The notes under the pieces were generated by a model. It did not search any database and was not told the origin of the DNA. It saw nothing but the letters and a program-made list of their open reading frames with translations. Source: a virus (lineage: Duplodnaviria; Caudoviricetes). From it: a stretch of 64,000 nucleotides of DNA. Below, piece after piece: positions 57,104 to 64,000 of this stretch (position 1 is its first letter; every line of letters starts with the position of its first letter). The position numbers and the translations under genes were made by a program. The DNA is taken from IMG/VR virus record IMGVR_UViG_3300028888_000002, one strand, 5' to 3'.

Positions 57104-57505
57104 ATGAAATACCTGTTAATTCTTGCAGCCCTTTTGTTCACCGCCTGTGCAGAAAACCCGTCTGCACCGTCCACATACGCCAGGGAATGCACCCACAGGT
57201 TTGAAGCAGCGGAACTGCTCACAATCCTGTCCGACTCCACCTACTCAATCGGCTCCCACGAATACGTCGCCCCGCCCGACACCCCTATGGGTAACTTCCT
57301 TTATACCCGCTCGGAATTTATGCGGAGGATTGAATCCTGCTACAATGACGGCTTGACCGTCCGTGGTGAAATGACAAGAGCCGAAGTAGCCGAACACGCT
57401 CTTAACTGTATTACGCCCGAAGACGAAATTGTTGCTCTTATGGGTGGATATGAACTCCCGAAGCCCATAAGCGTCACTTACCTGGGTGCAGATTGCAGGG
57501 AATAA
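57104..57505 (+). CDS. Lipoprotein
   Basis: MKYLLILAALLFTA-C lipobox. Confidence 0.8.
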   Translation: MKYLLILAALLFTACAENPSAPSTYARECTHRFEAAELLTILSDSTYSIGSHEYVAPPDTPMGNFLYTRSEFMRRIESCYNDGLTVRGEMTRAEVAEHALNCITPEDEIVALMGGYELPKPISVTYLGADCRE

Positions 57506-57569
57506 TGTATATTATACATTGAACTAGGTATGCAAGTATGTGGAAGTCCTTGTGTGCTTAATTGAATTT

Positions 57570-58776
57570 CAAAATGCCCGATGGACGCTGACTTCCACAA
57601 TAAGTGTCTATTGGGCATTTGCTATTATATGGTTGAAGTTAAGACATACAGATACAAGTTATACAATCGGGATGCCTTGCAGTATCTTGATAGGATTCTT
57701 GTAATTTCAAGTCATATCTACAACCATTGCATAGCACTCCATAGAAAGTATTATGCACTGTATCATAAGTCTTTACACAAATATGCCCTGTCAAAGCATT
57801 TAACAAAATTAAAGAAAAGATATACGGAATGGAACGAAGTTCCATCACAGGCTATCCAAGACATTACAGATAGGATAGATAGGGCATATAGGTTATTTTA
57901 TGCGAAATTAAAAAACAGTATAAAACCTAGCCCACCACATTTTCAAAAATCTTCAAAATACAGGTCTTTTACAACAAAGCAGTGTGGGTATAAATTTCAC
58001 GACGGAAATAAAGTCCGCATAGGTGTAAAAGAGTTTGCCTATTGGAACAGTCGTCCGTTTGACGGTAGAATTAAAACACTGACAGTAAAACGCAAGAGCA
58101 ATGGTTACTACATATACGTTGTCGTTGAACAGGAAAGCAAGACCGAAACACTAGCAAAATCGGGTAAAATCGTTGGCTTTGATTTCAGCCTAAACAACTT
58201 TCTTGTGGCATCCGACAACAGTGATTGCAGTATTCCAAAATTGATGCGTAAGAACCTAAAATCCCTGCGGAATTTGAGCCGAAAATACTCCCTGTCTAAA
58301 GGGAAACGAGGTTCGCTCCACAGGCTACAAAAACTGCACGAAAAGATAACGAATCAAAGGAATGACCTGCATTGGAAGTTGGCACACAGGTTGTGCAAGG
58401 CTTACGATGTAATGGTGTTTGAAACCCTTGATTTGGCTAGTATGGATAGACGGTTCAAGAAATCCATAAACGATTTCGGATTCAACGCTTTCCTGTCTAT
58501 ACTAGAATACGTGGCACACAGGACGGGCAAGACCGTTATGTATGCTGACAAATACTTTGCTTCGTCGCAGTTATGTAGTGACTGCGGTTACAAGAACGCA
58601 GCATTGAAAGACATAAGAATCCGTGAGTGGGTTTGCCCTAATTGTGGTTCTCACCATAACAGGGATTTCAACGCTGCACTGAATCTACAAAAGGTAGGGG
58701 CATCTACCTTTAGCCAATGTTGCTCAAATTGAGCAACCGCTAGAATCCCACGACTTGAATCGTGGGTGTATGCCAA
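57570..58776 (+). mobile_element. IS200/IS605-type element carrying a solo tnpB
   Basis: Left hairpin AAATGCCCGATGGAC/GTCTATTGGGCATTT; right end AGAATCCCACGA-CTTGAA-TCGTGGG-TGTATGCCAA. Confidence 0.65.
57629..58732 (+). CDS. tnpB: TnpB RNA-guided nuclease, intact D-E-D
   Basis: KTYRYKLY, VGFDF, VFETL, CSDC...CPNC, RDFNAA. Confidence 0.92.
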   Translation: MVEVKTYRYKLYNRDALQYLDRILVISSHIYNHCIALHRKYYALYHKSLHKYALSKHLTKLKKRYTEWNEVPSQAIQDITDRIDRAYRLFYAKLKNSIKPSPPHFQKSSKYRSFTTKQCGYKFHDGNKVRIGVKEFAYWNSRPFDGRIKTLTVKRKSNGYYIYVVVEQESKTETLAKSGKIVGFDFSLNNFLVASDNSDCSIPKLMRKNLKSLRNLSRKYSLSKGKRGSLHRLQKLHEKITNQRNDLHWKLAHRLCKAYDVMVFETLDLASMDRRFKKSINDFGFNAFLSILEYVAHRTGKTVMYADKYFASSQLCSDCGYKNAALKDIRIREWVCPNCGSHHNRDFNAALNLQKVGASTFSQCCSN

Positions 58777-58840
58777 AAGGTCCAATGCACGATTAACGTA
58801 ATTGTTTGATTCGTTTTATATTTTTATATATTTGACTTGT

Positions 58841-59377
58841 ATGGCTTATAATTTTGACCTTGGGACAAACGCATTGCGTAGGGCTTTAAGCCCCCGAACT
58901 TACACGCTACGCTGTAAGGTTTTAGAGATTGGTCAGTTTTATAGAGTTCAATGCACTATGAATGCCAAGGAAGAAGTCCACTTGGACTTTTGGGCGAAGC
59001 CCCTGTTGTCCCTGTCATATTCTTACGAAGTTGACGACGAAGTTATTGTTGAGGTCCGTTCCCTGTGCGAAGCCTATATCCTGGGTCTAGTCAAGGAACT
59101 AGCCGAAACTAACACCGAAGAGGAATTTTATTTCCGCTTCGGCAAGAATATCGCAAAGGGTCGCAAGGACGGCACCACGTTTGAGTTCAAGGGTGGCGAC
59201 GACGGGTTCCGTGTGGAACACTCGCCCGCAGGGACCACCGTTGAAACGAAGGGTGTCCTTTCGCTCACGGGCGATATGGTTATGATTGGCGACGGTATGG
59301 GTTTAGGCTTGAACTGTAACACAGCCTGCCCGCTAATGGGTATGCACGTCCCGACACAGCAGAAGACACTATTTTAG
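58841..59377 (+). CDS. Baseplate spike/hub candidate
   Basis: OB-like N-terminus, beta-rich C-terminus, terminal C..CP..G.H metal-binding tip. Confidence 0.5.
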   Translation: MAYNFDLGTNALRRALSPRTYTLRCKVLEIGQFYRVQCTMNAKEEVHLDFWAKPLLSLSYSYEVDDEVIVEVRSLCEAYILGLVKELAETNTEEEFYFRFGKNIAKGRKDGTTFEFKGGDDGFRVEHSPAGTTVETKGVLSLTGDMVMIGDGMGLGLNCNTACPLMGMHVPTQQKTLF

Positions 59378-59385
59378 GGGTTGGT

Positions 59386-60684
59386 ATGAAGACGGTTAAA
59401 CTTCGGATATGCTGTAATCCCGATGTGTTGGGTGACATACGCATTTTTAGTAGTATGGTTCATATTGCGTTTAACCGTTTTCAAGAGGGGTATTCCGAAA
59501 AACAAATCACGGAATACTTGAATGCTAGGTTTGTTGCTAATTGTTGGGTAATCCGTTCTGCTATTAAGGAAGCCCACGTCTTGTTTGATGTTCAAGGGCA
59601 GAGGCATATCGTGTTCGGGGGCAAGTGGAACTTAAAGCAATATCTTAAAGGGTTGATAACTAAAGAGCAGTTTAAGAAAAATCGGTATATGCCTCTGTGT
59701 AGTATAGGCGAAAGGCAATATGCAGGCAATCGCTTATTTGATTTTGACTTTATTAACAGGGCTGTTGTATTTAAGCCTGGTAAGGGCATCCGTAAGGAAA
59801 TTCGCTTCTGTCCTGTAAAGAAGAAATTAGCTCAAGAGTTAGCCAAAGTTCAAGAGTTAGCCGAACAGAAGAAAATTCCTGTCACTGTTAAGTTTACGGA
59901 CAAGCACCTGTTCTTAACCTACGATGAATCCTTGATTTACAACGAAGCCTACAAAGGATTAAAGCACAATCGTGTTTTGGGCATAGATATGAACCCTAAT
60001 TATATTGGGGTTTCCGTTATTGAGTTTGACGAACACGACGAATTTAAGGTATTGCATAAAGAGGTGTATGACTTAACAACCCTTACAAAGTCTAGTGGTG
60101 AAGCAAGCCCTCATACTAAATCCAAGTATTACACGAATAAGTTGAGGCACGAAACGATAGCTATTGCTCACAGAATTAACAAGTTGGTGGATTATTGGAA
60201 ATGCAGTAAACTTGCTATTGAAGACTTGTCTATCAAGCCCTCCGATAAACAGAAGGGTAGAAATCTTAATCGCCTGTGTAACAACAGGTGGGAACGCCAA
60301 CTGTTCGTGAATAAGTTGAAAATGCTTGCAGGCATACACAGGTATGAGTTGGTTGAAGTAAATCCTGCGTATTCTTCAATAGTAGGTAACTTTGCATACG
60401 GGAATGAAAATACTCCCGATATGGTCGCTTCTGCTGTTGAAATAGCACGTAGGGCATACAAGAAGTTTGAAAAGGGGTGGTTCTATCCCAGGTTTAACGT
60501 TGAACGATTTGACGAGCAATGGAAGCAAACGCTGTCGGGAGTGAAAACCTGGAAGGACTTATTCCGAAAAGTCAAAGAAGCGAAACTCAAATATCGCTTT
60601 CTGCTATCCGATTATATCGGAAATGCAGTCTTTAGCAAATTTTATAACCCGCACAGGTGGTCGTTTTACCTGTTTGCAAAGTGA
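59386..60684 (+). CDS. TnpB-related RuvC protein lacking the Zn finger
   Basis: VFGGK, LGIDMNP, AIEDL, VNPAYSSIVG, PDMVASAVEIARR. Confidence 0.8.
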   Translation: MKTVKLRICCNPDVLGDIRIFSSMVHIAFNRFQEGYSEKQITEYLNARFVANCWVIRSAIKEAHVLFDVQGQRHIVFGGKWNLKQYLKGLITKEQFKKNRYMPLCSIGERQYAGNRLFDFDFINRAVVFKPGKGIRKEIRFCPVKKKLAQELAKVQELAEQKKIPVTVKFTDKHLFLTYDESLIYNEAYKGLKHNRVLGIDMNPNYIGVSVIEFDEHDEFKVLHKEVYDLTTLTKSSGEASPHTKSKYYTNKLRHETIAIAHRINKLVDYWKCSKLAIEDLSIKPSDKQKGRNLNRLCNNRWERQLFVNKLKMLAGIHRYELVEVNPAYSSIVGNFAYGNENTPDMVASAVEIARRAYKKFEKGWFYPRFNVERFDEQWKQTLSGVKTWKDLFRKVKEAKLKYRFLLSDYIGNAVFSKFYNPHRWSFYLFAK

Positions 60685-60698
60685 GGATATGTATTTTG

Positions 60699-61472
60699 AT
60701 GCAGTCTATAGCCATACAAGCTTATTTTGCACGAATGCGTGGTCTTTTTACTAGGCAGGGTTTTGATGGGCATTTGAAAGTCTGCTATGGTTCGGACGCA
60801 GAGGGTCCACAGCGTATTTTGGACCAGGACCTTGCCGACAAGAAAATGGACCGCAAGTCCGAAACCAACCGTGAGAATGTCCGTGAAGACCCGTATTCCT
60901 ATTTGTTTTGGACCAGGGATTCTTTGAAGAACATTGTCCGACGCTCCATAAACTTGCAGGACGGTGTGGCACCCGACGGGCGGTTGAAGTTCAAGAAAAC
61001 CGTGTCTGCCGAATTTGGTATGGGCTGTGTCCTGGTTTCCAATAAAATGGGATTGATTGAGGACTTTGCCGAAGCGTTCGCAGCGGAATACCAAAACATT
61101 CACAACGTCCCGATTAACTTGAAGTTCGCCTACGAAACACGCACGTCCGTAGCCGAGGGCGGTTACGACACGGCAGGCTTGAACTTGACGATTATCCAGG
61201 ACCTCGGTGAAGAAGAACCTATTTCGTTCCGTCAAGGGGACCTGTTTTCCTATTCCTGGAACGTCCGTGTCATTTTGCAGTTCGTGAGCGAATTTGCCGA
61301 TTGGCGAATATCCCCGCTGCGTTCCGTCGTCGTGGACCTGTATAACAAGAACGGCATTCCGCTTGCGTCTATGGATTTCAACGGTTTGCCCGAATGGAAG
61401 GAATACGTCGCAAAGGACGGGACAAAGGTAATCGTCCCCAAAGACGCTTACGTTGAAGTTGAGAAGCCCTAG
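60699..61472 (+). CDS. Tail completion/terminator-like structural protein (candidate)
   Basis: Start trimmed to MQSIAIQ; function inferred from size and context. Confidence 0.5.
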   Translation: MQSIAIQAYFARMRGLFTRQGFDGHLKVCYGSDAEGPQRILDQDLADKKMDRKSETNRENVREDPYSYLFWTRDSLKNIVRRSINLQDGVAPDGRLKFKKTVSAEFGMGCVLVSNKMGLIEDFAEAFAAEYQNIHNVPINLKFAYETRTSVAEGGYDTAGLNLTIIQDLGEEEPISFRQGDLFSYSWNVRVILQFVSEFADWRISPLRSVVVDLYNKNGIPLASMDFNGLPEWKEYVAKDGTKVIVPKDAYVEVEKP

Positions 61473-61524
61473 TAGGTATTCTATTATATCCATTAGTTAT
61501 CCCGAAGTAACGCCTATTTTGAGT

Positions 61525-61563
61525 ATTCCCCTGTTGCACAACGGGGGAATTTGTTGTTATTTT
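61525..61563 (+). promoter_or_regulatory. Terminator hairpin overlapping a promoter
   Basis: ATTCCCCTGTTG/CAACGGGGGAAT; TTGCAC, 18 nt, TATTTT. Confidence 0.55.
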
Positions 61564-61595
61564 TAAGAACGTAAAACTAAACCAGGAGTTTATCT

Positions 61596-62231
61596 ATGCA
61601 GTATGTAAAGGACGATTCCCTTGTCAACTTCCCGTTTTGGAGCGGTGCGAAGTCCAATGCAGATATGCTTACCTACGACGAATTGCAGCAGTTGGACGAC
61701 GTGCTGCCCGAATACTTTGACACGGGTGATGGCAGACTTCCGACCGAAACCGAAATTAACGATATGTTTTGGTTTGAGTTCGCCACGGTTTGCGAAGCTA
61801 TTGGCTTGAAGTATGACGCAGACAAGGACGAAATTATCCGTGATGGTGACGACGACAGCGACGAAAGCCGTAAGAAGCGTTCCGAAGCCAACGGCAACGA
61901 CAAGGTTGGTAAGCAGAATTTCACCTATGCAGAACTTGAAGATGCCTGGAACAAACTCAACGACCGCATTCAACGTGACCCGTTTGACAAGGACAATCCC
62001 CCGTCGGGTGGTTACGATATTCGCAACGGCTATTTCTGTGGCGAGCGTGATTGGAACGAATGGCATATTGACTTTACCCTTGACGCTGTTAAGAAAGCAC
62101 TTGAAGAAGTGGCTGAACCGATTAGGGAAGGCGACCTTGAAGTGTATTACAATGACAAGGACAACAATCAAGCCGATTCCGATAATCACGGTATCTTTAT
62201 CATTGACGGCAAGATTGACACCATTTACTAA
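61596..62231 (+). CDS. Two-module acidic polyprotein
   Basis: FWSGA...TETEINDMFWFE domain, linker DESRKKRSEA (61860-86), second domain. Confidence 0.75.
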   Translation: MQYVKDDSLVNFPFWSGAKSNADMLTYDELQQLDDVLPEYFDTGDGRLPTETEINDMFWFEFATVCEAIGLKYDADKDEIIRDGDDDSDESRKKRSEANGNDKVGKQNFTYAELEDAWNKLNDRIQRDPFDKDNPPSGGYDIRNGYFCGERDWNEWHIDFTLDAVKKALEEVAEPIREGDLEVYYNDKDNNQADSDNHGIFIIDGKIDTIY

Positions 62232-62251
62232 TCGCAAGGGGTTTCTTGTAT

Positions 62252-62917
62252 ATGGCTAATTGGTCTATCAGTTATACCGACGTTTTTGGTAAGAAGAAAG
62301 TTGAGTCGTTCCAGGACAAGGACGCAGCACAGGCACGTTATGAAGACCTGCTTCCCCGCACCTATGGCGACCTGGGCGACCTTGTGAACGTGACCGCACC
62401 CGTCCGTTCTGCCGTAAAGGTTTCGGAAGGTATCTTTTACGGTTCTGCCGACAAGAAAGCCCCGAACCGCTATGCCGACGGCAAGGAAGAATGGGACGAT
62501 TTCAAGGACGTAGTTCGCAAGTTGCTTGCTGAATTTGACGACCGTGCTGAAACAAAGTTCTTCAAGGTTGTTCCGATTGGGGATGACAACTACGAAATCT
62601 ATTTCAAGGGCGACGGGGACAAGTTGTCCGACCTGCTCTTTATGAGTATCTATCAAAGTTCGTTTGGCGAGCCGACTATTAGTGTTATCAAGGGCGACGT
62701 TAGCGACGCTGTGTTTGACGACGCTTATGACATTGTTGAGCCGTATATCGCAGACGTGTTCCGTTTGGCGTATGACGACGGCAACACGGGCATTGTTCGC
62801 AAGTTCTATTCTAGCGGTGACTACCACAAGTCATTGAAAGAAGATTGCGGGGGTGCGTCTGCTGCGTCGCTCGGTGCAGTCCCGACCGCCACCGTTTGTC
62901 CGTCTAACAAGCGTTAA
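62252..62917 (+). CDS. Modular acidic protein (putative internal head protein)
   Basis: Junctions VKVSEG and SLKEDCGG...SLGAVP. Confidence 0.65.
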   Translation: MANWSISYTDVFGKKKVESFQDKDAAQARYEDLLPRTYGDLGDLVNVTAPVRSAVKVSEGIFYGSADKKAPNRYADGKEEWDDFKDVVRKLLAEFDDRAETKFFKVVPIGDDNYEIYFKGDGDKLSDLLFMSIYQSSFGEPTISVIKGDVSDAVFDDAYDIVEPYIADVFRLAYDDGNTGIVRKFYSSGDYHKSLKEDCGGASAASLGAVPTATVCPSNKR

Positions 62918-62944
62918 ACTTAAACCAACCGAGGCAAAAACACT

Positions 62945-63985
62945 ATGCAGATTGCAGAAGACTATATTCCGTTTAAATGTGAGTTCATTGACGACATTTC
63001 CCGTGTTGACGAATCCGCACAGTCCGAAGTCGCAAAGAGCGGTGGCACCATTCTTGCCATTGTCAAGGGTCAGCATTTCTGCCCTGGCAAGGTGAGCCGT
63101 AATCACCGTCTTTATACAGAAGAACTTTGGGAAGTTGCAGGCAAGGACGAAGACGTGCAGCGTAAGCTGACCAACGGTCAAATGTTCGGTCGTATCGGTC
63201 ACGAAGCCGAAATCACGGACGAAGATATTGCTGAAGGCAAGTTCTCGCATATTACCCGTAACATAGATTGGAAGACGGGTATCGCTGAATCCGTTATCTA
63301 CAATACGGATATGGGTAAGACGCTATACACCATTCTTCGTGCGGGCACCACTATGTATGTCAGCTCCCGTGCCGACGGTGACTACGAAGGCAAGGACGAA
63401 GACGGTAACGACATTCTTGACCCGAAGACATACAAGCTAGAACGCTTTGACTTTGTGCAGGACCCTGGGTTCCTGGACGCAAAGCCGAAAATGATTTCCG
63501 AAAGCAAGAAAAACGAAAATGTTGAAGAAGCCGTGAACGAACGTGTCGCAGAATCCCTGCTTTCTCTTGCAAAGGAATTGGGGGCACCCGTTGAACTTGA
63601 CGGCAGCACCTACGTTGTAGAAAGCCTGGAAAAGAAAACCGTTGAAATGACAAATTGTGACAACGGCACGGGCGACACCTACAAGTTTGAAGACTTTACC
63701 GAAGTGACTGAAGATATTAAGCAGTCTATCGTGAAGTTCGTTGAAGGCTTGCAGGACGAATTGAAGCAGTCCGAAGACACTATCCGTGAATTGAAGTTCG
63801 CCAACAAGAACGGCTTGAACGAAGATTACGTGAAAGAACGTCGTCGTGCAGGTGCTACTTACGAAGCTATTGAACGTGAGCAGCCTGCACCGCAGACCTT
63901 TAAGGTCCTGGAAGCAAAGGCACCCGCCCGTGCAGCCGAAGACAACGACGGGTCCTTGATTGGTTACATTCTCGGCAGCAGGTAG
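62945..63985 (+). CDS. Prohead core protease (T4 gp21-like) with C-terminal scaffold-like extension
   Basis: SRNHRLY, GRIGH, SH, GKTL, VSSRADG, FDFVQDPGF motifs. Confidence 0.9.
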   Translation: MQIAEDYIPFKCEFIDDISRVDESAQSEVAKSGGTILAIVKGQHFCPGKVSRNHRLYTEELWEVAGKDEDVQRKLTNGQMFGRIGHEAEITDEDIAEGKFSHITRNIDWKTGIAESVIYNTDMGKTLYTILRAGTTMYVSSRADGDYEGKDEDGNDILDPKTYKLERFDFVQDPGFLDAKPKMISESKKNENVEEAVNERVAESLLSLAKELGAPVELDGSTYVVESLEKKTVEMTNCDNGTGDTYKFEDFTEVTEDIKQSIVKFVEGLQDELKQSEDTIRELKFANKNGLNEDYVKERRRAGATYEAIEREQPAPQTFKVLEAKAPARAAEDNDGSLIGYILGSR

Positions 63986-64000
63986 TGAGGTCACTTATGG

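Noticed and set aside
57510-58776. IStron (group I intron fused to the IS)
   Set aside because: Only about 100 nt lie upstream of tnpB, too short for a group I core, and no convincing interrupted gene is seen.
1-64000. CRISPR array, tRNA or rRNA genes
   Set aside because: No regularly spaced repeat-spacer array and no cloverleaf/T-loop signature found by eye; a tRNAscan run would be needed to be certain.
1-64000. Stop-codon reassignment
   Set aside because: Conserved genes are full length in the standard code, and TAA, TAG and TGA all end genes at sensible boundaries.

Overview
This is a 64-kb internal segment of a large lytic tailed dsDNA phage with distant T4-type myovirus architecture and about 50% GC. 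A rumen, Fibrobacter-like host is a weak inference only. The window encodes an Mre11/SbcD nuclease and a Rad50/SbcC ATPase split across separate genes. Virion genes include a large terminase, portal, prohead protease, and neck, baseplate and tail-fibre genes. It also carries a holin/NlpC-P60 lysis block, ThyX, RuvC, two exonucleases, a Tad1-family signal sponge, a glycosyltransferase/Stealth/TupA cluster and three solo TnpB genes without TnpA. The most striking signals are these. (1) A family of modular acidic polyproteins whose unrelated domains are joined by a recurrent ES(K/R)Kx(S/N)E linker, often behind a KxKxHE-type N-terminal tag. The same linker occurs in the prohead protease, suggesting capsid-packaged, protease-released effector cassettes. 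(2) A nuclease-less terminase ATPase paralog with degenerate Walker motifs next to Tad1, a candidate decoy for terminase-sensing immunity. (3) Small structured RNAs whose loops are complementary to the phage's conserved AACCGAGGAT ribosome-binding leader and to start-codon regions. (4) An RBS-sequestering pseudoknot upstream of an orphan gene, and a hairpin-rich putative replication origin downstream of it. (5) Near-total avoidance of eight palindromic 4-mers, broken in the N-terminal segment of a secreted Cys-rich protein. All annotation is by eye; no database search was run.
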